From Octopus sinensis (taxonomy: Eukaryota): 64,000 bases of DNA. The stretch spans positions 15,314,001 to 15,378,000 of the forward strand of contig NC_043009.1 of assembly GCF_006345805.1 (NCBI RefSeq), written 5' to 3'. The position numbers and the translations under genes were made by a program. This document shows positions 1 through 11,530 of this stretch, piece by piece (position 1 is the stretch's first letter; the number at the start of each line of letters is the position of its first letter). The notes beneath the pieces are model-generated. The model was not told the origin of the DNA. It did no database searches and saw nothing but the letters and a program-made list of their open reading frames with translations.

Positions 1-390
1 TTTTTTTTACCATTTTCTACCATTTTTTACCCCTCTGCGAAAAGATCTCAGAATTTTAATTGATTTGCTTTTCGCAGGAAGGAAAGTTTCTTGTCAAAGA
101 TACGTCTCGCTTTTATCCTTCGAAACGTAGAGTAGATGAAACCATAGCGACTGAAGAAGGGGTTTTTCCTTGTGTTAATTGTCCTGTACTCTATTTTTTT
201 GTTGTTTTAATAAAATGTCCTGTTCCTTTGGTTTGTGTCTATGTTTTCGTTTCTCTATGTGTTCAACGTCCCTTTGGTGTCCTGTACTCATATATGCGTG
301 TATATGTACATGTAGAGGTAGGTACGTACATATATGTTTATATATATGCATATGTTTTATTTCATTTATTAATATATATATATATATATG

Positions 391-855
391 TTTTCTTATT
401 TTATGTGTTTCAGTCATTTGAGCGCAACCATGCTCGAGCACGACCTTTAGTCATGCAAATTGATCTCAGGACTTATTGTTTGTAAGCCTAGTACTCATTT
501 GATAGTTTCCTTTTGCCGAACCGCTAAGTTACGAGGAGGGACGTAAACACACTACCGTCGGTTGTCAAGCAATGAGACAAACGCAGACACACAAACATAT
601 ATATATACATACAAGCACAAACACATACATATACACACACAAACACACATATATATATATATATGAAGCCCGTCGTATATATATATATACGACGGGCTTC
701 ATTCAGGTTCCGTCTACCAAATCCAGTCACAAGGCTTTGGTCGGCCCGAGGCTATAACAGAAGACACTTGCTCAAGGTCTCACGCAGAGGAACTGAACCT
801 GGAACCATGTGGTTGGTAAGCAAGTTTTCACCACACAGTAATGCCTGCACCTTAG
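391..855 (-). mobile_element. tRNA-derived SINE, family 1 (tRNA-like head, CORE-like segment, internal (TA/CA)n tract, 3' tail)
   Basis: Colinear with 45888..46356. Minus-strand head GGTGCAGGCATTACTGTGTGGTGAAAACTTGC...GGTTCAG (A/B-box-like), then ACCTTGAGCAAGT (CORE-like), GGCCGACCAAAGCCTTGTG, microsatellite, and tail ...GACTGAAACAC. Confidence 0.8.
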
Positions 856-861
856 AAAGCG

Positions 862-909
862 TTCCCATGCCGAGTATCGAACTTGGGACGCCTGGGTGAA
901 AGCCAGGAT
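862..909 (-). pseudogene. 3' half of a tRNA-Glu(TTC)-like sequence
   Basis: Minus strand ATCCTGGCTTTCACCCAGGCGTCCCAAGTTCGATACTCGGCATGGGAA: perfect anticodon stem CCTGG/CCAGG with loop CT-TTC-AC, T-loop TTCGA with 4/5 stem pairs, acceptor 3' strand ATGGGAA. The 5' half is replaced by microsatellite. Confidence 0.75.
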
Positions 910-937
910 ATGTGTGTGTACGCGCGTGTGTGTGTGT

Positions 938-1185
938 CTCGGTATGGGAACGCATCTTAGGCACAGGCATGGCTGTGTGGTAACAACTTGCTTCTCAACC
1001 GCTTTGTTCCGGTTCCCGTCCCATTACGTGGCACCTTGGTCAAATGTTTTCTGTTCTAACCTCGGGCCGACCAAAATCTCGTGAGTGGATTTGGTAGACG
1101 GAAACTGAATAAAGCCCGTCGTATGCATATATATATATATGTGTGTGTGTGTTTGTGTCTGTGTGTGTTTGTGTGTGTATGGTTT
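938..1185 (+). mobile_element. SINE family 1, 5' half, preceded by 16 nt of tRNA-Glu 3' end
   Basis: GGCTGTGTGGTAAC...GTGGCACCTTGGTCAAAT...CTCGGGCCGACCAAAA...GTGGATTTGGTAGACGGAAACTG aligns with the inverted copy at 689..855; ends in (TA)n(TG)n. Confidence 0.8.
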
Positions 1186-2051
1186 CTCTCTAACATAGTA
1201 ACTAAGAAGAAAGCCTGATTTATTTGTATATTATTGCACACAGAAACGCATAGCAAATCTAACAAGAAGCTCTTACAATATGAATGGAATGGACTTCGAA
1301 GAATTAAAGTCTAAACGTAAACGAGAAGGAAATGAAATATAATAGCTGTAAATAAGCCAAGCATAACCTATGCCTGATTTATGCATTTATATGGCCAAAG
1401 TTTTATTAACTGGATGCACCATACTTAGATACAAATTAACTGGGCCAACGACGCCGACCTGATGAGAACGACATTGGATCATTATTCATGTTACAGGGAC
1501 ATGCTTACATTGCTGGATACAATCAAATGAGATTTGAATACGCTTACTATATTAAAGGTATGGTTCAATTCCGAAAAATTGCACCATATTTTTTATCAAA
1601 ATCTTCTACACTGTCCAACGAGAAGTGTATTTGGGGGCACAAGAAGCTCGTACCACCGCTCACAATTCCCTTAGTCATATATTTTCAAATATTGTGGGGT
1701 AAAGGCTATGTATTATTCCACTTGTAGATAATGAAATCATGAACATGATTTCCAGCATGAGCAGGCATACCACATAACCTTAAAACTGTCACCATTTTCC
1801 CATTTTCTATGAAAACAATAGAAATAGTACGTAATTTTTACAACGATTTGCTCTATTGAATTGGTAACCTAAAGTATTGCACATACAGTGAATTAGAGTT
1901 CTTCTGACATTTACAGATGTATCTATCAGTTTGTATTATTTGGAACACAGAAATAACATAAATTTCTTCCTATATAGATATTAACAGATTATCTATAGGA
2001 ATGGACAAAACATTCTCCCAGCAGAAACCACTGACAAAAGCTTTACATAAA

Positions 2052-2400
2052 TCATCATCATTGTTCGACCGTGGTCGAGACAATAGAATTTACTATGCGA
2101 CGCCAGACTTCACGGTCCATCATAGCATTACGGTGGTCCTGTTGCTTGATGCCTGTATCCCTGGAGATAACATCAGGGTAGGAGATTGTTCGCCCTCTTG
2201 TATCAAGAGTAGATGACTTCCAGAAAAGAGTAGAAATTACCTCGTTTTCAGCTCTACAACAATGTCCAACAAACTAGCCTCTTCTACCTTTTACAAGAGA
2301 TGATACAGGTGGTAATTTCCCATATATTTTACTTTGGCTGGATGACGCTTCCACGAGAGATTTTGAGCTATACATAAAGCTAGGACATTGTCCCACAACA
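2052..2400 (-). mobile_element. RTE-clade LINE, 3' end, decayed
   Basis: Minus-strand translation with frameshifts: IAQNLSWKRHPA..GKLPPVSSLVKGRR..FVGHCCRAENEVISTL.WK...RGRTISYPDVISRDTGIKQQDHRNAMMDREVWRRIVNSIVSTTVEQ-stop, followed by a short (TGA)n tail. Confidence 0.8.
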
Positions 2401-2868
2401 TTTGGTAATCTTGAACAGTTGAACATCTTCAAACATTCCCTTTAGACCTGCGCATCATTACTAACCCACCCACCCCTTTCTTCTCTTGATCTATGCGATA
2501 GTTCTTGTAAGAAAGAAAACGTTCATTATATTTCTGAAACAGTGATTTATAATGACGCCACAATCTATGTGCCATATTTACACAGGGGAAGATGTAGTTT
2601 AGCCAACCAGATTCAGATATTATTGTCAAAAGCAAATAGATATTAAACATCTTTAAAAATTCATGGAATTATAATCAGAATTTAGAGAATGGACGTTAGA
2701 GATAAACCGTATTCGGAGCCAAAAATCTTCAACGAACTATAAGACATTTGGGAAATGAAAAATAGGTTGCAAAATACATTACAAAAACAGAGAATTGCAA
2801 CGATATGCCACTCATGTAGCCGTGAATGCACACGGCAAAACTAATACACTGAATAAATTTATAAATAA

Positions 2869-2915
<47 letters not shown>

Positions 2916-2961
2916 AATAATAATAATAATGATGATAATAATAATAATAATAAAAATAATA

Positions 2962-3023
<62 letters not shown>

Positions 3024-3032
3024 GTAATAATA

Positions 3033-3773
3033 AAAGACCAAAGCCTCCCCACCAGAAAGTACCAAAGACATGTAATGAAAAGAAATATTACAAGTAACTG
3101 CAGAATATGTGGAGATGGACAAGAAACAATAAATCATATTATCTCTAGCTGCCCAGTCCTGGCTAAGAAGGAATATATTCACAGACATGACAGAGTTGGA
3201 ACTTACATACATTGGAAGCTATGCCAACATTATGGAATAACAACAGCAAAAAGATGGTATAGGCACACACCAGAAAAGGTCACAGAAAACGAGAAAGCAA
3301 CCATACTCTGGAATATGCCGATACACACAGATAGAGAAATTAAGGCCAACAGACCAGATATAGTTGCCAGAGACCATGAAGAAAAAAAATGCTTTCTAAT
3401 TGATGTATCAGTACCGGCAGATGACAACGTGTCTCTAAAAGAAATGGAGAAACTCTCAAAATACAAAGACCTGGAAATAGAGGTAACTAGAATGTGGAAT
3501 CTGAAAACAGAAACAATTCCTATCATAGTAGGTGCATTAGGCATGATAAAAAAATATTCAGACAAATACATAACAAAAACACCAGGACTTACAAACACAT
3601 ATAACATACAGAAAATTGCACTACTAGGCACTGCACACATCCTACGCAGAACACTTTCCATACAATAACCATCAGAGCATCACAACAAATCACAGCACGT
3701 ACCCAAGGCACACAGAGCTGCGCTCGGTAGTGAAGTGAAAGCACGCTATAAAAATAAAAATAAAACTACTGAG
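3033..3773 (+). mobile_element. R4/Dong-type non-LTR retrotransposon, 5'-truncated, with 3' UTR, flanked by (TAA)n
   Basis: Open C-terminal ORF plus about 105-nt 3' UTR ending ...AAAACTACTGAG(TAA)n; (TAA)n on both sides. Confidence 0.88.
3036..3668 (+). CDS. C-terminal CCHC zinc knuckle plus restriction-like endonuclease of an R4/Dong-type LINE (partial)
   Basis: DQSLPTR..CRICGDGQETINHIISSCPVL (CCHC), RHD, RPDIV, LIDVSVP, KLSKYKDL, IPIIVGALG, QKIALLGTAHILRRTL-stop; no internal stops. Confidence 0.88.
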   Translation, partial: DQSLPTRKYQRHVMKRNITSNCRICGDGQETINHIISSCPVLAKKEYIHRHDRVGTYIHWKLCQHYGITTAKRWYRHTPEKVTENEKATILWNMPIHTDREIKANRPDIVARDHEEKKCFLIDVSVPADDNVSLKEMEKLSKYKDLEIEVTRMWNLKTETIPIIVGALGMIKKYSDKYITKTPGLTNTYNIQKIALLGTAHILRRTLSIQ

Positions 3774-3802
3774 TAATAATAATAATAATAATAATGACAA
3801 AT

Positions 3803-3852
<50 letters not shown>

Positions 3853-3866
3853 TAATAATAGTAATG

Positions 3867-3903
<37 letters not shown>

Positions 3904-3917
3904 TAATAATAATAATG

Positions 3918-3952
<35 letters not shown>

Positions 3953-4252
3953 CCTGGAGCACTGACAACCAGGTTCGAGAAAATATATCACAGAAATGGG
4001 GATTGACATGAGATCAGGACAAACGCCAAAACAGCTCTGCTGGGGAGAGCTAGGATCTTCAGATTGGTACTTAGATTTCGGATCTGTCCCATGGCAATTA
4101 AACAACCAAGTATCAACGATAATAATGTGCGAAAAGAGACCGTGTGAGACCTCGGAGAGCAGGCCGTTAACAAGACCGAGTTTTCTGAGAAGTGAAACGA
4201 AGTTAAAAACCAGAAAAAGGTAAAAAAACAGGAAAAGCAGCAGAGGTTTTCT
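3953..4252 (+). mobile_element. Extreme 3' end of a second R4/Dong-like LINE family, decayed
   Basis: Frameshifted GALTTRFEK-YITEMGIDMRSGQ-KTALLGRARIFRLVL matches the RLE C-terminal motif (QKxALLGTAxILRxxL), followed by a different 3' UTR; lies between (TAA)n and (AAC)n arrays. Confidence 0.65.
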
Positions 4253-4369
4253 AACAACAACAACAACAACAAAAGCATCAACAACAACAACAACAATAAT
4301 AATAATAATAATAACAACAACAACAGCAACAACAACAATAATAACAACAACAACAACAACAACAACAAC

Positions 4370-4416
<47 letters not shown>

Positions 4417-4461
4417 TAATAATAATAGTAATAATACTACTACTACTACTACTACTACTAC

Positions 4462-4500
<39 letters not shown>

Positions 4501-4506
4501 TAATAA

Positions 4507-4815
4507 TGGAAGGAATACAATAAATGGTCACAGAAAATGACAGAGCAGCCATCCTCCGGCATATGCCAATAAACAGAGAAAGAAGGGTCAAGACTTATAT
4601 ACCGAATATAGTTTTCAGAGATACAAAGTAAACGCTCACTAATAGATGCATCGATCACAAAAGATGGTAATCTGCATTTAAAAGAGGCAGAGAAACCCAC
4701 GAAATACAAATATATGACATGAATGTGGAACCTGAAACCATTATCAATCCCTGTAATAAAAGATGCATTAGGTATGGTGAAAAATACAAATGCATAACCA
4801 AGGAAGCAGGACATA
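4507..4815 (+). mobile_element. Decayed R4/Dong-type RLE fragment
   Basis: VTENDRAAIL.HMPI, LIDASI..DGNLHLKEAEK..KYK, MWNLK, IPVI.DALGMVK align with the 3036..3668 protein. Confidence 0.7.
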
Positions 4816-4816
4816 C

Positions 4817-4870
<54 letters not shown>

Positions 4871-5115
4871 TATATAATATATATATATATATAATATATA
4901 TATGGATAACATACTGAAAATATCGCTGCTAGGCCCCGCATTCAGCCTATGTAAAGCAGTGTCAGTATAGTAAAATTAACACCATCAAAACAAACCACTG
5001 TACGGACCAATAGCACATACACCAATACAACAATAACAATAACAACAATACCAACAACAGCAGCAACAATAATAATAGTAATAGTATTAATAATAATAAT
5101 GATAATAACAATAAC

Positions 5116-5160
<45 letters not shown>

Positions 5161-5226
5161 TAATAATAATATTAATAACAAATATTATTAATAATAATAA
5201 TAATAATAATAATAACAATAATAATA

Positions 5227-5778
5227 AATGCCCTGATTCAGTACCAGGCAGTGGTTCTCATGGCTTCTGATCTTAACTGACTGGAAGTGATATCATGTAC
5301 ATTGTTTTGTTTTGGAATAAAAGATGGACTACAGCAAATATTCTGCTCAATACCACAGATTTGCTTGTCAGTTGTTTGACCCTAACCAGTTGAGCATGGC
5401 TGACGATATGTGCATCTCTGATCACGAGTAGAAGTAGTGGGAGAGCATCATAGCCATGCGTTGAGAGGGATTTTTGGGGGTTTGAATGATTCCCCTCTGG
5501 AAACATGGGTGTTTCATTCAACATCCTTAAACAACCCTTAATCAGAGACATTTTGAGTGGGATGGGTTACCCAACCAGAAGAAAATTCTAACTGGGCCCC
5601 ACATGCAAGGCCATTCGCTGTTTGTCTTGATATGAGATCACCATGTCGCGCACATATGGTTGTGATGTATGTGCCTGGTGTAACCTTATCAGACGTGTAG
5701 TCATGATGGGTATACTGGGTCTCGTATATTTTACTCCGGTGTCAGTTTGATGGCATGCACTGCTCTCTCATTCAATAA
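5227..5778. mobile_element. Non-coding interspersed repeat of about 550 bp between trinucleotide arrays, class unknown
   Basis: Complex-sequence block with sharp borders between (TAA)n and (GAT)n; no recognisable protein motif. Recalled as an abundant octopus repeat, not verified. Confidence 0.4.
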
Positions 5779-5992
5779 GGATGATGACGATGATGATGAT
5801 GACGATGGTGATGATGATGATGATGATGATGATGATGAGGGGGATGGGGAGGGGAGGAGGAGGGATGGGAGGCGAAGGGGAGGGGAGGAGGATAGCAACA
5901 ACTATGCCTGATAGATATTATGCCGAAAGGAAATGTAAAATTTTATTATAAATGGTCAGAAATGTTGCAAACATCATCCGAATGGAACTCGA

Positions 5993-6875
<883 letters not shown>

Positions 6876-8624
6876 ATAACAAGGAAATAATAAATATTCA
6901 TAAACAATATAACATAATTTATTCTGTTATTATCAAGAACACGACAGAAATCTTTTAAATAGCGAAGTAAATATTAAGGAAATCTAACATAATAGAAAAA
7001 GGAGTATCAGAAATCAAACGAAGCTTGAATCAAAGAAGATAATCTTGTAACATCTCAAACTATACGTTGTGTTCATGTGTGAAAATGTGTCTTTGAGCAA
7101 AGAAACAATTAGATTCAAAAGATGCTAAGTAACGTAGGATTCAATAGGATAAAAGTACAATATAGTTTTAGAAGTATACAAACAACACACGTTGTCGCAT
7201 AACAGAATTTTCAAAGCAAGAGGAGCCAGCAGCATTGATACCACAAGTGTGAATTGTGCGACTACGAGAAAGAACGATTGGAAGCATCACAAGGTGATAA
7301 ATTCACCGACACTTTGATGAAACGTAAACATTGTCCATGAAAGAAGCAGAATCTTAATTGCCGAGCAAGGGGAATCATTCCAGCATCAAAAGCGGAAAGA
7401 TATATAAGACGTTGAAAAATAGAGCACATGAAATTTCTGCATTCAATATACATTTCAGTCACTGATATATTTACAAAGATCAAACAGAATATTGAAGAAA
7501 TGAGGTGCACAACGAACTTAGCATGCATTGGGCTGTATAACATTGCACAATTATCTACAAAACAAAGTAGTGGATAAAAAATTGTAAGCAAATCAGGAGG
7601 TAAATCATTACATGTAGCTAATATATATGAAAATCGTGATTGCGGGAATAAGAAGATTTCAAATAGGCTGCCTCTCTCTATTGACACCTTGTCCAGTACA
7701 AACAACTGTAGCAAATGCATTCACTTTGAACTTAGATCTGTATGACATGAAATAACTATTAGCTTTTTTTTGTATATGAATTTCCCTACCCCTACATGTG
7801 GAAAATGCATGGAATGTTAGGATGATTCAGTGGGGAAATTGACTTAAATCGTGATTTTAAATTGTTCAGGGTGACATTAAAAAGAGGGTGGGAAACTAAC
7901 ATAACGCGAATCTCATATTAGATAGTTAAACAAGTATTCAGATGAAACATATGCTTTACTATACATAGGAATTTATGAAGTAGACAGTGTACAACATACA
8001 CCATAGAAAGCTTAAGTTTAGGCGTAAATAATTTAACATTTGAAACTAAGTTAATAAAACAATACCCGACACGCACACTCAAAACAGAATTTATACGAAG
8101 CTCTGGCTGATGCATAGTATAAGATTCCAACAATTAAATGCTGTGTTCCTACTTCCAATGCTACTGGTTACTGTGAGAAAATCTTCTCAGACAACATACA
8201 TTTTGCTTATTTGTAAATCTATAAGCTTCTGGTTTCGTTGTTTATCAAATTTGCTAGCAAATGGCAGTTGTTTACTTCTAGTAGAAATTTACATTTCTCA
8301 TCTTCGTCACTTTCCAACCCAATATCTGGTAAAGTATGTTAATTCTTTGCGCTTGACTTACATAATGGATTGGTTATCATATACGTCGGCCTTTCTTTAA
8401 TATTGTCGTCAGTTTTATAGGTTTAATTGTTCCACACGGTTTTCAATCGCGTTAATACGTAGGACTATACTTGGCCCCCCTCTCACTGATGCGTTGTGTC
8501 TTTACATGATGCGTAACTGTATATTTTTCCCTCTGAGCGTCTAACATTACTATGCCAGTCCAAAAACTTTGATGTGAAGAGGCAATTACTTGCTGTTTAT
8601 TTTAGTGCTGCAGTCGTTTGAGGG

Positions 8625-8950
8625 TGTACAAGGTTTGGCTGAAAAGTACAATAGGCTGACCAAGTTACCCTCATGGAATGTGACCAAACGAGGTATATAT
8701 TTTTAAACATAGCCTCCCTTGCAGTCCATCCACTTCTTCCATCGGTGTTGCAGTGCTTGGATTTAATTGGTGAAGAAGCTTTCATCCTGTTTCTTTAAAC
8801 AAGTCATCAATTGCAGATATGACGTCATCAATATTCCGATAACGGTCCCCAGCCGATGGTTTGTCTATGATGGGGAACTGATGATTGTCAAATGGGGCCA
8901 AACCAGATGAATGAGGAGGGTGACCAACCAGTTCACCCACAGCAGTCATT
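8625..8950 (-). mobile_element. mariner transposon 3' end, decayed
   Basis: Minus strand ELVGHPPHSSGLAPFDNHQFP (YSPDLAPxD motif), DDVISAIDD, ALQHRWKKWMDCKGGYV-stop; TIR-like GTACAAGGTTTGGCTGAAAAGT near 8628. Confidence 0.8.
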
Positions 8951-9324
8951 ATATTAGTCTCTGCGTTGACAGCTGCAATAATTATAATACTGGTAGCATT
9001 GTGTACTCTTAGGTCTGATAATTTTGAGAGTGTTATTTCGTTGTTACTGTAATGTCTATCATTACTTTTGTTAATGTTATCATATTTTGCCTTTTATCTC
9101 ATTATTCTTATTAGCGCGAGATTTATCATGCCTTAAGACACACATTTTATATTTAAATGTCAAACTTCTCCATAACTTAATTAGAATAATATGCTGCTTA
9201 CAGCTGCATCTTCTACAATTAGGAATCATACTGAAGATACGTAAAGACCAATTGCTTATAAATTGTTTATACACATTTAACTGAACTCCCAAATCGGTAG
9301 ATAGTGTTTTATCATCATCATCGT

Positions 9325-9560
9325 CATTTTGCCTTTGATCCTTTCGGGGTCGATAAATTAAGTACCAGTTCAATACTAGGGTCTATGAAATCGACCTTCC
9401 CCAATATTTCAGGTCATGTGTTAATATTGCAACGGATTATTCATATTATTATTATGCCAGGTTGATTTTGCATTCTATGATTTCGGGGTCAGTAAAATAA
9501 GTACCAATTGAGTACTATGATCCACGTACTTGACTTAACACTTTCACTCGAAATTGCTGA
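9325..9560 (+). mobile_element. Two decayed SINE family 2 core fragments
   Basis: TTTGCCTTTGATCCTTTCGGGGTCGATAAATTAAGTACCAGTT and a second TTTCGGGGTCAGTAAAATAAGTACC match the core of 56098..56490. Confidence 0.7.
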
Positions 9561-9636
9561 CCATTGAAAGCATTATTATTTTTTGTAGTCGTAGAAGCGG
9601 ATGTGGTATTAGTTGTAGCAGTATCAGCAATAGCAG

Positions 9637-9649
9637 AAGAAGAAGAAGA

Positions 9650-9742
<93 letters not shown>
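9637..9742. repeat. (GAA)n(GTA)n microsatellite
   Basis: Directly visible. Confidence 0.95.
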
Positions 9743-9744
<2 letters not shown>

Positions 9745-11009
9745 AAAGCAGCTGTAACAGCATGGTCGTCAACATAGTGGCTTATCAAATTTAATTTTTA
9801 GTTAAAACTTTATACTTAGAAATCATCTGACATAATATGTATATAATATGTATATAAAAAGCGTGGATTTAAGTGAATTTTGCGATTAAGCAATTTCCAT
9901 ACAGTATTCGTTGTATGTCTATAGATGAATCTAATAGAGAGTTTTGGAAAACTACCAGAAAAACACAAACCCGGGACAACATAAAATACTTTCCGTCATC
10001 AACGAAGTCGTAAATAAAAATTCACATTACCAATAAATATCAAGGGAAAAGGAGAAACTAAAACAGATGGGGGAACTTCTAAACTACAAAAAGAAGAAAT
10101 GCCAAATCGAGTAATTTCTCTTTTTTTTACTTTCTTTTTGTTTAAAAACATTACATTGTAATAATCATTTTGTACTGTTACATAATATCTGGGAGCAAAA
10201 ATTGGTCAGCATGGTTATTGTCCTTAATAGAATTTCAAAGATTTCCTCAAACTTGACCCGAATGAGATTGCAGACATTGAAAAAATTATATGGATAATTT
10301 TTGGTGAATAACAATCAACGCATTTTACTCTGTGGCATTGCAAGACAATTTTTCCCTCCACACTATTGTCTAATTTGCTAATTTTGAATTTTAATAATCT
10401 CAATGTCTCCCCTTTAATTGCACGGTGCGTTGATATATGGCGTTGAGGTCCATGTCAGTAGATCGTGAAGACGCTGTAGGGAGTGTCTTATGTTGAGCCT
10501 TTAGAGTTAGTTGAGTTTCGTTAATTTCATATCATGTGCCAATACTCTATAACCCAGTTGCATTTGGCCGAGATTGCTTAGTTTCCGTTGCATTTCTGAT
10601 GTTTCCGATGTCGCAAGATGGATATCGATGTGTATGAGTCTTTACAAAAATGCAAATGAGAAAAATTGAAAAGGTAAATTTACATTATTTTGTTATTCAT
10701 TTTGCTCCGCCTCAATTTATATTTTATATGTTGAAAGAAGAGAATGGAGATAATTGTCTGAAATAGTGTTCTGAATATGTTAAATTATTTTTAATGCATC
10801 TAATCAAAGTCATTTGCATAGCTGATTAAAATTTTGCACGGTAGTGAACATTTGTAATAATCTTTTCTCATTAAAAAATACCGTAAATATTACTCATTGT
10901 GCCCCATGCTGCCCTAAGTTCAAAGAACTTCATGATAAAACGATGATATGTAAGGAATTTGCTCTGCATACGCTTAAGATAAAGCTGAATGCGGAGAAAA
11001 TTCAGATAC

Positions 11010-11530
11010 TGAATTCGATGAGGGATCGAACAAGAATCTATATTACAGCAAATATTACAAGCATTTGCATGAAACAACCTGAAAGCATGTAATGAATAAG
11101 AATACGTAAGTAATTGCAGAATATATGACTGTGGAAGAACAAATTGCCACATCTGTTTTTGGTTCCAATCATGAATTGCGACAAATGCCTAATATTTGGA
11201 GGCATGGAAATACAAATAGAGAAATCAATGATAACCAGTCACTTATTGTCATTAAGTCACATTAAGAAAAGAAGTGTCAAATAATTGAAATTTCAATCTC
11301 GAAAGATATTCAGATATATCTCAAAGAAAGCAAAAATCTTATTCAAAAGTATAGAATTGGTCTGCGGCATGAGAGAGGAAACAACGTGCGGCTTGAAATT
11401 AGATTCAGTTCCCATAATAATAGCAACCGAGTAATTATGGAAAAATTCTAGACATTTGACATGTACAAGACACAGAAAATAGCACAGCCATCCATTTTAC
11501 ATATGGTATTTTGAGTATCACAGAAAATAC
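11010..11530 (+). mobile_element. Highly decayed R4/Dong-type RLE fragment
   Basis: CATGTAATGAATAAGAATACGTAAGTAATTGCAGAATAT resembles 3069-3108; ACAAATAGAGAAATCAATGATAACC, TGTCAAATAATTGAAATTTCAAT and ACACAGAAAATAGCA follow in the expected order. Confidence 0.5.

Larger units (their letters stand above)
2870..5226. repeat. Compound trinucleotide microsatellite field, (TGA)n/(TAA)n/(AAC)n/(TAC)n plus (TA)n, interrupted by LINE fragments
   Basis: Arrays visible at about 2870-3032, 3774-3952, 4253-4506, 4817-4900 (TA) and 5030-5226. Confidence 0.97.

Noticed and set aside
60-485. 141-aa and other YIYI/CVCV/IIII/SSSS-rich ORFs throughout the track
   Set aside because: Translations of (TA)n, (GT)n and trinucleotide microsatellites, with no protein motifs.
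1455-1490. CCTGATGAG as a possible hammerhead
   Set aside because: No stem II, GAAA or matching stem I downstream.
3746-4591. 281-aa minus-strand ORF
   Set aside because: Antisense to (TAA)n/(AAC)n arrays, which lack stops on that strand.
7130-7740. 152-aa minus ORF and semi-open plus frames
   Set aside because: No motif recognised; probably decayed TE but unassignable.
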